NCBI GenBank assembly: GCA_026770705.1
Contig: JANJGN010000007.1
Coordinates: 109,554,001-109,618,000, forward strand
Origin: Isurus oxyrinchus
Taxonomy: Eukaryota
Direction: 5' to 3'
Length of the DNA stretch: 64,000 nucleotides
The notes below the pieces were generated by a model. That model did no database searches and had not been told where the DNA came from. It saw only the letters and a program-made list of their open reading frames with translations. Both the position numbers and the translations under genes were made by a program. Positions 39,841 through 51,638 of the stretch are shown one piece after another (the first letter of the stretch is position 1; each line of letters begins with the position of its first letter).

Positions 39841-40844
39841 AGGGTCAATTGTGAAAGAAACATTCCCAAGGCTCATGTTTTTACCCTGGGATTCAATCAC
39901 ATTTCAAAACACCGCTTGGCTCTTACTCAATTAATTATTTTGTTCTCTGTAAAATATTGTAGGATGCTTTTTGTCTGCATTAAAGACATCATGCAAATTA
40001 AATATGTTTTTGCTGGCTTAAACTTGTGAAAACACCAACTTGCATTTCTGTAATGCTTTTCATGTGCAGCTTTTGAAGTTGTTTACCAAAGCATAATCCT
40101 TCAGGATTGGTCTATCCCAGATCATACTGAATTCAATCACCTTATTTGTGCTGGTGCCCAGCTGTACCACCGCTTCTATTTGCAATATTCAATTAACCAG
40201 GTAAACATGGGATACTTCTCATGGCAACCCTGATCCAATGGGTTAAAAGCATTATGCAATACATTCACTGGTTCAGAGTCCCTTTGGCCGTTCTTTGTTT
40301 ATGTCAGAAGTTAAAAGCAAAATCTGAAAAAAACAGAAAAGGCTACAACACACAGCAGGTCAACCAGCATCTATGGAGAGAAACACATATTCAAGTCAAC
40401 GTCTCAGATTCAAAGTCAACATTTGGATTCATGTTCTCTATATGGCTAAAAGAAATAAGAGACAGCAAGCATATTGATGGGGTCAGAAAAAGGAGACAAT
40501 ATAAATACACAGATGTTACACCAAAACAGATTGTCTGCTAACTAGTCTGAACTGTCACACAAGCAAGGTTTGGACTATATTGGATCATTGAAGAACATAA
40601 GGAATAAGAGGAGTAGAACATTTGACCCTTTGAGTCTGCTCCCACATCCAATACAAACAAAGCTGATCTTCTACGTCAACTCCACCTTTTCACATTACAT
40701 CTATATCCCGTAACATCCTTAGTATCCAAATGTCTATCAATACTCTGTTAAATACACTTTATGGCTGAGGATCCACAACCCTCTGGAGATAAGAATTGCA
40801 AAGATTCACAACCCTTTGAGTGAATAAAGTCCTCCTTCTCTCTG

Positions 40845-41090
40845 CCTATTTCATTGCACATTCCATGCAGCCCCCTCATGTCTTTCAGGATGCTGCAGTT
40901 GGTCATCAGCTGTCTCATCATCCTCCTCAGTTGAGGATGCCTCCCCCTCCATTGTGTCCCTGTGGTGCAGGGTCTCCCCGTTCTGCAGCAGCAAGTTGTA
41001 TAACGTGCAGCAGACCACCACAACCTGTGAGACTCTTGCTGAGGCATGTTGAAGGGCACCACCAGACTGATCTAGGCACCAGAGTCTCAT
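40845..41090 (-). mobile_element. Harbinger transposase C-terminal fragment
   Basis: KMRLWCLDQSGGALQHASARVSQVVVVCCTLYNL parallels LKLRFHCLDRSGGALQYSP at ~54230-54280. Confidence 0.75.
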
Positions 41091-43858
41091 TTTTGTGGCA
41101 ATAACAGAGACCTGGCTCAAGGAAGGGCAGAACTGAATGTTAAATATTCCCAGGGAAAACGTGTTCAGAAGAGATAGGAAAGGAAGGGACGGAGTGGTGG
41201 AGGGGGGGGGGGGGGCGGGTATCTCGTGGCATTGGTTAAGGAGAGCATTGCAGTGCTAGTGAAAGAGAATTCCCCAGAGGGTTCAAGGACAGTATTAACT
41301 TGTCTAGAGCTGAGGAACAAAAAGGGTGCAATTACATTGCTCGGTGGAGTCAATAGACCACCAAATAGTGAGAAGGATGTAGAAGAACAAATCTGCAGGG
41401 AAATTACAGAGCGATGCAAGTATTATAGAGTATTTATAATGGTGGACTTTAATTACCTGAATGTAGACTGGGACAGTGGTAGCGTAAAGGTTGGAGAGGG
41501 TCAAAAGTTCCTAGATTGTATTCAGGAGAATTTTCTACAACAGTATGTGTCCAATCCATCAAAAAAGATGCACTGTTGGACCTTGTTCTTAGACATGAGA
41601 TGGGCCAAGTAAGTCAAGTGTCATTGGAGGAACATTTAGGAGATAATGATCATTGTATTGTACATTTTAGGGTGATGAAAGAAAAGGGTGATAGGCAATC
41701 CAGAATAAGAATACTTAACTGCTCAAGAGCCGACTTTGATGGGGCAAGAACAGAGCTGGGCCAGGTAGACTGGAATGAAAGAGTGGCAGGAAAAACTATA
41801 GTTGAATAATGGGCTACCTTCAAAAACAAATTTGTTCTAGGACAGTCAAGGTACATTTGAAAGGGGAAAGTAGGGCAAACAAATCCAGACCTCCCTGGAT
41901 GAAAAAGGAGATTGAAATTAAGATAAAGAAGAAAAGTGTACTTATGATAGGTGTCAGGTAGAAAATACAATTGAGGACCAAGAGGAATATAGAAGGTTCA
42001 GAGGGGAGGTGAAAAACATATTAGAGAAGCAAAGAGGGAGATGAGAAAAGACTGGTAACCAATATAAAGGGGAATCCAAAAGTCTTCAATAAGCATATAA
42101 ATAAGAAAAGGGTGGTAAAAGGAGGAGTGGGGCCGATTAGGGACCTAAAAGGGAATTTACACATGGGTGAAGGGAACATGGCTGCGGTATTAAATGAATA
42201 GTTTGCATCCATATTTACTAAGGAGGTAGATGTTACCCAGGCCTTGGTGACAGATGAAGAAACTCTGTCAGGAGAAAGGTTCAAAATTGACAAGGAGGAA
42301 GTATTGAATAGACTATCAGTACTTAAAGTTGACAAGGCACCAGGACCCAATGAGATGCCTCCAAGAGTATTGAAGGAAGTTGGAGTAGAAATTTCAGGGG
42401 CACTGGGCATAATCTTTCAATCTTCCCGAAACTTGGGGGTCGTGCCAGAGGATTGGAGAATTGCAAACATTATGTCCTTGTTCAAAATAGCTTGTCAGGA
42501 TAAGCCCAGCAATTACAGACCAGTCAGTTTAATTTTAGTCATAGGCAAGTTTCTAGAAACAATCAGGATAGAATTAATTGTCACATAGAAACACATGGGT
42601 TGATAAGGTAGAGCCAGCACAGGCTTCTAAAGGGGAAATCGTGTTTAACTAACTTGCTGGAGATTTTTGAAGAGGTAACAGGAAAGGTCGATGAGGGTAA
42701 GGTTGTTGATGTACTGTACATGGATTTTCAAAAGGCATTTGACACCATGTCACACAACAAACTTGTGAGAAATTTACTGCTCATCGAACAAAAGGTACAG
42801 TAGCAAAGTGGATACAAAATAGGCTGAAAAATAGGAAGCAGAGAGTAATGATCAACGTATATTTTTTGGGCTGGAGGAAGGTTAGTAGTGGAGTTCCCCA
42901 GGGTTCAGTATTGGGGCCCTTCCTTTTCCTGATATATATTATTGATCTAGATCTTGATGTGCAGGGGACAATTTCAGAGTTTGCAGCTAAAATGAAGCTT
43001 GGGAGTGTTGTGAACTGCGAGGAGGACAGTGTAGAACTTCAAAAGGACATAGACAAGTTAGTGGAGTGGGCAGATAGGTGGCAGATGAAGTTCAATGTGG
43101 AGAAGTGTGAAGTGATGCATCTTGGTATGCAGAACATGGACAGGCAATTTAAAATAAGGAGTGAAATTTTGAAGGGGGTGCAGGAGCAGAAAGGCTTGGG
43201 TGTGTGTGTGTATAGATCATTGAAGGTGGCAGGGCAGGTGGAGAGAACAGTAAATAAAGCATATAGTATCCTAGGCTTTATTAATAGGGCATTGAGTACA
43301 AGAACAGGGAGGTTATGTTGCATTTATATAAGACACTCATTAGACCTCAGCAGGAATATTGTGTACAGTTCTGGGCGCCACGTTATAGGAAGGATGTGAA
43401 CACATTGGAGAGAGTGCAGAACAGATTCACAAGAATGGTCCCAGGGATAAGAAACTGCAACTATGAGGATAGATTGGACAGCTTGGGACTGTTCCCGTTG
43501 GTTGAAGAAGGCTAAGAGGGGATTTGATAGAGTTGTTCAAAATCATGAGGGGGCTGGACAGAGTAAATAGGTAGAAGCTGTCCCTGCTTGTAACAGGATC
43601 AAGAACTAGAGGGCACAGAGAAAAAGCCTTTCAAACAACGCGTGGTTCGGGACTGGAATGCACTGTCAGGAAGTGTAATGGAGGCGGGTTCAATCGAGGC
43701 ATTCAAAAGGGAATTAGATGATTATTTGAATAGAAATAATGTGCAAAGGCGTGGGGAAAAGGCAGAACAATGATACTAGGTCACAATGCGCATTCGGAGA
43801 GCCGGTGCAGACACGATGGGCCGAATGGCCTCCTTCCGTGACGGTACAATTCTGTGTA
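41091..43858 (+). mobile_element. CR1 LINE, nearly complete ORF2 (APE + RT) with stops and frameshifts
   Basis: VAITETWLK start, DFNY, DKAPGP, NYRPVSL, MDFQKAFD, GVPQGSVLGP. Tail GGGCCGAATGGCCTCCTTC at ~43818. Confidence 0.93.
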
Positions 43859-44995
43859 CTTAACATGAAAAGGGGCGGTCAGATGAATGGGTCAGCTGTA
43901 ACCCTTTAATGTTCCTTCCCTGAGGACAAGCTATGTTTGCGCATTCATTGATGTACATTATGCAGCAATCGACTTGCACCAAGCAGGACAGCAGTACAGG
44001 GAGTTTAAAGAGGACGGTCTTGGTCTCAGATTTTGTAATCAATAGCAAAGCAAAGGCCTTTGACCCACCACCAACCCCCCCCCCCCCCCCCCCCCCCCCA
44101 AAGCTGGGAGAGCGAGTAACCTCTTTGAAGAGTAATTCGTCACTTAGACGTGCAATTGATTGTCGCTCTGTTTTGCGAAGCTGCAGTGATGACATCATGC
44201 CACTCAAGCAACGAATCACGTTAAAGGATTTCACAGCCAACCTGTCCGGAAGTGAAACGCACTAATAAAGCATTTTTTAAACATTTTGTACAGAGTGAAT
44301 AAAGATTAGGCTATACACATGGGGTTAAGATAAAAACTAAACAACATGAAAAAAAATATATTTTTTTAAATCAACAACTAAACATAAGTGAGAAATTTAA
44401 CATTACAGCTTTTTTCGGGGCTGGATCGGTTTTTCAGGAGTTAATGCACAGGTTGTCATTTTAAAAAAACATTTACATGTCACTGAAAAGGGTTTAACTT
44501 CAAAACAAAAACAGAATTACCTGGAAAAACTCAGCAGGTCTGGCAGCATCGGCGGAGAAGAAAAGAGTTGACGTTTCGAGTCCTCATGATCCTTCGACAG
44601 AACTTGATTTCGAGTCCAAGAAAGAGTTGAAATATAAGCTGGTTTAAGGTGTGTGTGTGGGGGGGCGGAGAGAGAGAGAGAGACAGAGGTGCTTGTGTAG
44701 ACAAACAAGCAGTGATAGAAGCAGATCATCAAAAGATGTCAGTGACAATGTTACAAAAGAACACATAGGTGTTAAAATTAAAGTTGGTGATGTTATCTAA
44801 ACGAATGTGCTAATTAAGAATGACTGGTAGGGCACTCAAGGTACAGCTCTAGTGGGGGTGGGGGGAGCATAAAAGATTTTAAAATATTTAAAAATAATGG
44901 AAATAGGTGGGAAAAGAAAAATCTATAAAATTTATAGGGAAAAAAAGGGGGAAAAAAAGGGGGAAACAGAAAGGGGGTGGGATGGGGGAGGGAGC

Positions 44996-45922
44996 TCACG
45001 ACCTAAAGTTATTGAATTCAATATTCAGACCGGAAGGCTGTAAGGTGCCTAGTCGGAAGATGAGGTGTTGTTCCTCCAGTTTGCGTTGGGCTTCACTGGA
45101 ACAATGCAGTAAGCCAAGGACAGACATGTGGGCAAGAGAGCAGGGTGGAGTGTTAAAATGGCAAGCGACAGGGAGGTTTGGGTCATTCTTGCGGACAGAC
45201 CGCAGGTGTTCTGCAAAGCGGTCGCCCAGTTTACGTTTGGTCTCTCCAATGTAGAGGAGACCACATTGGGAGCAACGAATGCAGTAGACTAAGTTGGGGG
45301 AAATGCAAGTGAAATGCTGCTTCACTTGAAAGGAGTGTTTGGGCCCTTGGACGGTGAGGAGAGAGGAAGTGAAGGGGCAGGTGTTACATCTTTTGCGTGG
45401 GCATGGGGTGGTGCCATAGGAGGGGGTTGAGGAGTAGGGGGTGATGGAGGAGTGGACCAGGGTGTCCCGGAGGGAGCGATCCCTACGGAATGCCGATAAG
45501 GGGGGTGAAGGAAAGATGTGTTTGGTGGTGGCATCATGCTGGAGTTGGCGGAAATGGCGGAGGATGATCCTTTGAATGCGGAGGCTGGTGGGGTGATAAG
45601 TGAGGACAAGGGGGACCCTATCATGTTTCTGGGAGGGAGGAGAAGGCGTGAGGGCGGATGCGCGGGAGATGGGCCGGACACGGTTGAGGGCCCTGTCAAC
45701 GACCGTCGGTGGAAAACCTCGGTTAAGGAAGAAGGAGGACATGTCAGAGGAACGGTTTTTGAAGGTAGCATCATCGGAACAGATGCGACGAAGGCGAAGG
45801 AACTGGGAGAATGGGATGGAGTCCTTACAGGAAGCGGGGTGTGAGGAGCTGTAGTCGAGGTAGCTGTGGGAGTCGGTGGGTTTGTAATGGATATTGGTGG
45901 ACAGTCTATCACCAGAGATTGA
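44996..45922 (-). CDS. Penelope-like polyprotein C-terminal fragment (RT thumb + GIY-YIG endonuclease), left arm
   Basis: Open frame SISGDRLSTNIHYKPTDSHSYL...CPRKRCNTC...NLVYCIRCSQCGLLYIGETKRKLGDRFAEH...LEEQHLIFRLGTLQPSGLN. The RT catalytic core is absent. Confidence 0.88.
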   Translation of the reverse strand, partial: SISGDRLSTNIHYKPTDSHSYLDYSSSHPASCKDSIPFSQFLRLRRICSDDATFKNRSSDMSSFFLNRGFPPTVVDRALNRVRPISRASALTPSPPSQKHDRVPLVLTYHPTSLRIQRIILRHFRQLQHDATTKHIFPSPPLSAFRRDRSLRDTLVHSSITPYSSTPSYGTTPCPRKRCNTCPFTSSLLTVQGPKHSFQVKQHFTCISPNLVYCIRCSQCGLLYIGETKRKLGDRFAEHLRSVRKNDPNLPVACHFNTPPCSLAHMSVLGLLHCSSEAQRKLEEQHLIFRLGTLQPSGLNIEFNNFRS

Positions 45923-45925
45923 AAT

Positions 45926-46852
45926 TCAATCTCTGGTGATAGACTGTCCACCAATATCCATTACAAACCCACCGACTCCCACAGCTACCTCGACTACAGC
46001 TCCTCACACCCCGCTTCCTGTAAGGACTCCATCCCATTCTCCCAGTTCCTTCGCCTTCGTCGCATCTGTTCCGATGATGCTACCTTCAAAAACCGTTCCT
46101 CTGACATGTCCTCCTTCTTCCTTAACCGAGGTTTTCCACCGACGGTCGTTGACAGGGCCCTCAACCGTGTCCGGCCCATCTCCCGCGCATCCGCCCTCAC
46201 GCCTTCTCCTCCCTCCCAGAAACATGATAGGGTCCCCCTTGTCCTCACTTATCACCCCACCAGCCTCCGCATTCAAAGGATCATCCTCCGCCATTTCCGC
46301 CAACTCCAGCATGATGCCACCACCAAACACATCTTTCCTTCACCCCCCTTATCGGCATTCCGTAGGGATCGCTCCCTCCGGGACACCCTGGTCCACTCCT
46401 CCATCACCCCCTACTCCTCAACCCCCTCCTATGGCACCACCCCATGCCCACGCAAAAGATGTAACACCTGCCCCTTCACTTCCTCTCTCCTCACCGTCCA
46501 AGGGCCCAAACACTCCTTTCAAGTGAAGCAGCATTTCACTTGCATTTCCCCCAACTTAGTCTACTGCATTCGTTGCTCCCAATGTGGTCTCCTCTACATT
46601 GGAGAGACCAAACGTAAACTGGGCGACCGCTTTGCAGAACACCTGCGGTCTGTCCGCAAGAATGACCCAAACCTCCCTGTCGCTTGCCATTTTAACACTC
46701 CACCCTGCTCTCTTGCCCACATGTCTGTCCTTGCCTTACTGCATTGTTCCAGTGAAGCCCAACGCAAACTGGAGGAACAACACCTCGTCTTCCGACTAGG
46801 CACCTTACAGCCTTCCGGTCTGAATATTGAATTCAATAACTTTAGGTCGTGA
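45926..46852 (+). CDS. Penelope-like polyprotein C-terminal fragment (RT thumb + GIY-YIG endonuclease), right arm
   Basis: Same as the left arm except G/A and I/V substitutions near the C-terminus. Confidence 0.88.
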   Translation, partial: SISGDRLSTNIHYKPTDSHSYLDYSSSHPASCKDSIPFSQFLRLRRICSDDATFKNRSSDMSSFFLNRGFPPTVVDRALNRVRPISRASALTPSPPSQKHDRVPLVLTYHPTSLRIQRIILRHFRQLQHDATTKHIFPSPPLSAFRRDRSLRDTLVHSSITPYSSTPSYGTTPCPRKRCNTCPFTSSLLTVQGPKHSFQVKQHFTCISPNLVYCIRCSQCGLLYIGETKRKLGDRFAEHLRSVRKNDPNLPVACHFNTPPCSLAHMSVLALLHCSSEAQRKLEEQHLVFRLGTLQPSGLNIEFNNFRS

Positions 46853-47260
46853 GCTCCCTCCCCCATCCCCACCCCCTTTCTGTTTCCCCCTTTTTTTCCC
46901 CCTTTTTTCCCTATAAATTTTATAGATTTTTCTTTTCCCACCTATTTCCATTATTTTTAAATATTTTAAAATCTTTTATGCTCCCCCCACCCCCACTAGA
47001 GCTGTACCTTGAGTGCCCTACCAGTCATTCTTAATTAGCACATTCGTTTAGATAATATCACCAACTTTAATTTTAACACCTATGTGTTCTTTTGTACCAT
47101 TGTCACTGACATCTTTTGATGATCTGCTTCTATCACTGCTTGTTTGTCTACACAAGCACCTCTGTCTCTCTCTCTCTCTCCGCCCCCCCTCCCCCCCCCC
47201 CCCCCACACACACACACCTTAAACCAGCTTATATTTCAACTCTTTCTTGGACTCGAAATC

Positions 47261-47300
47261 AAGTTCTGTCGAAGGGTCATGAGGACTCGAAACGTCAACT
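47261..47300 (+). ncRNA. Minimal type-I hammerhead-ribozyme-like motif (variant core) in the Penelope terminus
   Basis: AGTT-CTGTCGA-A-GGGTC(ATGAG)GACTC-GAAAC-GTC-AACT: helix I AGTT/AACT, helix II GGGTC/GACTC, palindromic ACGT in place of helix III. Mirror copy at 44566-44605. Confidence 0.6.
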
Positions 47301-48734
47301 CTTTTCTTCTCCGCCGATGCTGCCAGACCTGCTGAGTTTTTCCAGGTAATTGTTTTTGTTTTGGATTTCCAGCATCCGCAGTTTTCTTTGTTTTTATCTC
47401 AGGGTTTAACTTCATGTAGGTTTTCTCAAAGATTTATGAGAACAGAAAAGTGGAAGTTCTCGCCAGGTTAATTCATTTCCCTAACTGTTAGTTCTGGGAG
47501 GGGGAGGATTGGGAAAATGTCCATAGTGCTATTGTGCAGTCTGTGGTGGAGCAGTGAATGACAGGTCACAACTTTAGGGCTTACACATCTTTCTGCGCTT
47601 GTGCTAAATCCTGGAGTCGCGGTTAGATTCAGAGGAATGATAACGCCGAGTGTTAATTATCAAAGCCCCTCCAAATTCCAGGCCCTTGAATTTCCTCCAT
47701 AGTTGCACTCACATGAGTACCGAGCCGCAAACTGATTATGCAAGTTAAGAGATCACGGAAATTTGAACTTAAATAAGTTAGATACATAACTACAGTATAC
47801 ACAAAAACTCTTGACCCTTTACGATCATCTATCAATCCCTCCACCCAAAAGCATCGCTAAGCAGAAAACTGGCCTTGACCCCACAAAAAGACTCAGAAGG
47901 GTTTCCTGAAATTCTGCTTGCTTCGAGACTCTTGTGAAATTATGACCTGATTTCAGGTGTGGGAGTCAATAAAGCCATTTTATTCCAATTTTTAATTCCT
48001 TTTAACTTATCCTCACTGAGAGCTGCCCAATTTCTGTTTCTTTTAATGCGTTTTTATAGCATAAGTCACGTTAAAAAGTGAAAGGTATCCGTGATCGTAG
48101 ATTCGTAAAAATGTTCTGTCTAATATCCATGAATGAATTGAAACGTTAGCTTCTATATTTCAAGTAGTATATTATGTTATTCTTGTGATTCCCTTTGGGG
48201 AATTTATTTCCTCTAATTTATCTCCAGTTTTATGCTGATAATAGTCTGGTGAGATTGGCAGGGAATTCGAACAGAAATTAATATTGGTTGCATGAGCACA
48301 GTAATGGGCAGCTTTACAAGGCTGACTTTGGGTTGCACTCAGTAAAAATTGCATGTCTCTGAATCTTCCCAATTTTAAAGTGTCAATGAAGTGTCAGGTA
48401 GGGCGAAAGGGTGACATTGAGGGTCAGGCTTATAGGAAATGAGGAGGGTTTTAATATGTCGTATTTGCTGAGTGGATGTTTTGTGTTGATGTTTCTTTGC
48501 AGGGTTGCTTCTTGTTTTAATCAGTAGTCTAACTTTTTGTGTGGCGGAGGTCCTGATTATATACGTGACCTTAGAATTTTTATGTATGGGGTTTGAATTT
48601 TCTTTGTGATATGGGCTTACTTTATTCCATTGGACTGCAGATTTTTTTACCCCGGCTCCAGGAGGTTGGACATCCTTTTTTAAGTTGACTCAACCGTGTT
48701 GTTGCATTTATATTGAGGGATGATAGGTGACTTA

Positions 48735-49475
48735 TTATTTAAATGGAGAGAAACTTCAGAATACTTCAGTGCAGAGAGACATGAGGGTTCTCATGCATGA
48801 ATCGCTGAAAAGCAGGTACAGCAGGTAATAAGGAAGGCAAATGGAATTTTGGCATTTAATGCTAAAGGAAGAGAGTATAAAAATAGGGAAGTGCTGTTGC
48901 AACTGTACAAGGCATTGGTGAGACCACACCTGGGGTACTGTGCACAGTTTTGGTCCCCTTACTTGAGGAAGGATGTAGTTGCATTGGAGGAGGTTCACTA
49001 GATTGATTCCAGAGATGTAGGGCTTGTCTTATGAGGAGAGATTGAGCAATTTAGGCCTATACTCGCTAGAGTTTAGAAGGATGTGATGAGATCTAATTGA
49101 GGTATATAAGATGCTAAAGGGGAAAGACAAAGCATATGTGGAGCAGATGTTTCCCCTTGTGGGGCATTCTAGAATGAGAGGCCATAGTTTTAGGCTAAGG
49201 GGTGGTAGATTCAAATCAGAGATGAGGAGGAATTGCTTTTCTCAAAGGGTCGTGAATCTGTGGAATTCTCTACCTTAGAGTGAAGTGGATGCCGGGACAC
49301 TGAATAAATTTAAGGAGGAGATAGACAGATTTTTAATTCGTAATGATTTGGAAGGTTATGGGGAGAGGGCGGAAAATTAGAGTTGAGGCTGAAATGAGAT
49401 CAGCCATGATCGTATTGAATGGCTGGGCAGGCTCGAGGGTCTGAATTGCCTACTCTTGCTCCTATTTCTTATGTT
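48735..49475 (+). mobile_element. 5'-truncated CR1 LINE
   Basis: LYKALVRPHLGYCAQFWSPYLRKD at ~48900-48975, ending CCTACTCTTGCTCCTATTTCTTATG. Confidence 0.88.
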
Positions 49476-49879
49476 ATTATGATAACAATAACCAAGACAA
49501 TTGAGCATACATTTTGTTTCCACGCTGTTGCAACAAAGTGACATAAATAATTGACGATTCGCTAAAAGCCGGGTAGCACAAGATTATATTTCCTTTCTTA
49601 ACCTGAGATAATTATCTCCATGCAATAGTCATAAACAAGTTTGAAGGCTCCTGAAGTGTCATACAAACCACATATATTAAAGTTGAAACTGCAGCTGCCT
49701 CCCTTTTTGATGGATTGCAGTTTATTAAAACAGTAAAGGGAAGTATATTCTGACATTTAACACTTTTGCCACAGGAAGAGCAGTTAAAATTAAAGTTTAT
49801 TCTGGTAACCTCAAATGGGAACGTTTGCTTTATCATAAAACCTCTTGAGAAGGAGCTGCTGTGCAGTTTGTTATTATTC

Positions 49880-50160
49880 ATTCTTGGGAGAGCTCTTTGC
49901 TAGTAAAGCCAGCATGACTTACACATGGCTCGTTTCCTGAGAATGTGATGGTATGTCTTTTTGAACCATTAGAATTCTTTGCAGCAGTTTGTTACAACTG
50001 AGTAATTTGCTAGGATATTTTAGAGTGCAGTTAAGAGTCAACCATAATATTGTGGAACTGGAATCATAAATAGGCCAGAATAGATAATGACAGCTTGGTT
50101 TTTACAACATTCCAACAGTTTCATGGACACTGATGCTGAAATCAGTTTAGATTTTATTCA
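49880..50160 (-). mobile_element. Decayed SINE/LINE-B deletion derivative
   Basis: The minus strand has the leader motif GGTTGACTCTTAACTGCACTCT...CTCAGTTGTAACAAACTGC joined to a LINE-B-like tail. Confidence 0.55.
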
Positions 50161-50630
50161 TTCACTCCTCCCATGGTTCGTAACCCAATGGGTAACTCTC
50201 CATCAAAACAGAACCATATGGAATAGACACGTCCCAAGTTCAATGCTTAGAGTTAACTTACCTCAAACAAAATAGGTACTAGAATTGACCTCAGTGCCTT
50301 TGGACTTGGATGTGATACTACCTTTTCATCGAATTAAGGGAAATTACACAAGGAACGGATCCACAGTTTGGTTTTAATGAAATACATGCTTCCAAATATT
50401 AATCACAAAGGGAAACCTTTCATTCTACCACATAAAGGCTTCAGCAACAACAAGATTAGAATGGTAGCTCCCCCCACAATTCAATAGTCTATTGATATTC
50501 AGCATTTATATTAAGACTTTATAAATTACAACCCAACAAAGGTAGTGGAAGTTGATCCATGCCTGTGGAAACATCCCCCAGATGAGTCAACTCTTAAAGG
50601 AGAGGGGAGAAAATTGACAGAGTATTCCAC

Positions 50631-51030
50631 TGAATGTGCTTAAAGCATAGAAACTACCTTGAAAATTGTACCTATCTTTATGATGTTATTTTTTATGCTA
50701 CATAAATTGAGTTGTTCACAGTGTTGAAAGGGGCATGGGATCTATTCTTATATAAAGTACATTTATGGGTTATAAAATTGTTTATGTAAGCCCTTTATTT
50801 GACAAATTGGTCAGTTTTCAAAAGCACCTGTGAATGTGCTTAGAGCCTAGAAACTACTTCGAAAATTGTACCTATCTGTATGATGTTACTTTGTATGCTA
50901 TATAAATGTAGTTGTTCACAGTGTTGAAAGGTGCGTGGGATCTATTCTTATACAAAGTACATTTATGGGTTATAAAATTGTTTATGTAAGCCCTTTATTT
51001 GACCAATTGATCAGTTTTCAAAAGCACCTG
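50631..51030. repeat. Two-copy tandem duplication, 200-bp unit
   Basis: TGAATGTGCTTA...AAAAGCACCTG at 50631-50830 and 50831-51030, substitutions only. Confidence 0.95.
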
Positions 51031-51180
51031 TATCTGATGTTTGTGGAAAAATTGACTTTTGCCCTGAATATAACTAATCCATGTTTATTGCCTTGACATC
51101 CAAGAATTAAAGAAAACAATCCACCTTGATTACATTTATTATCTGGATTTTGTAGTCAATGGACAAGGAATGGTACTCAC

Positions 51181-51284
51181 CATTTGCTATGCTTACAGCT
51201 TCACACAGATCTTTTTGCAAGCTTTTGAGTGCCAACTTGCTGTCACCAAGAGTCTCATCCAGCACAGCATCTTCCACAAGCAAT
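51181..51284 (-). other. Orphan candidate exon
   Basis: tgctacAG acceptor, ATG|GTGAGT donor, 104 nt, one open frame (R)LLVEDAVLDETLGDSKLALKSLQKDLCEAVSIAN(G). No product recognised. Confidence 0.35.
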
Positions 51285-51401
51285 CTGTAGCATGTGTGAG
51301 CAGGGAAAGTTACAGCAAGGCTCTTCAACTAATCAGATTGAAGAATGTTCACTGCTAAACTTGCAAAGCTACAGGGATAGAGTGGAGAAAAATTGGAACT
51401 A

Positions 51402-51638
51402 AAACAAAAATACTTGGAAAAACTCAGCAGGTCTGACAGCATCTGCAGAGTGAGATACAATTGACATTTTGAGAGCATATGACCCTTCATCAGAGTTTTC
51501 ATCTCTCTGATGAAGGGTCACATGGACTCGAAACATCAACTGTATCCCTCTCTGCAGATGCTGTCAGACCTGCTGAGTTTTTCCAGGTATTTTTGCTTTT
51601 GTTCTAGATTTCCAGCATCTGCAATATTTTGCTTTTAT
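51402..51638. mobile_element. ~237-bp fold-back Penelope-terminus insertion with two opposed hammerhead-like cores
   Basis: Inverted arms. CTGATGA-A-GGGTC(ACATG)GACTC-GAAAC at 51507-51534 and a mirror core at 51487-51493. Flanks GAAAAATTGGAACTA (51387-51401) / GAAAAATTTGAACTA (51639-51653). Confidence 0.85.

Larger units (their letters stand above)
44503..47400. mobile_element. 2.9-kb palindromic Penelope-like element insertion (two head-to-head 5'-truncated copies)
   Basis: Mirror ORFs symmetric about 45924. Exact 14-bp target-site duplication AGGGTTTAACTTCA at 44489-44502 and 47401-47414. Confidence 0.95.

Noticed and set aside
45322-46526. 210-aa Pro/Ser-rich mirror ORFs and other overlapping ORFs in the palindrome
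   Set aside because: Alternative frames of the C-rich Penelope coding strand. Their duplication simply reflects the palindrome.
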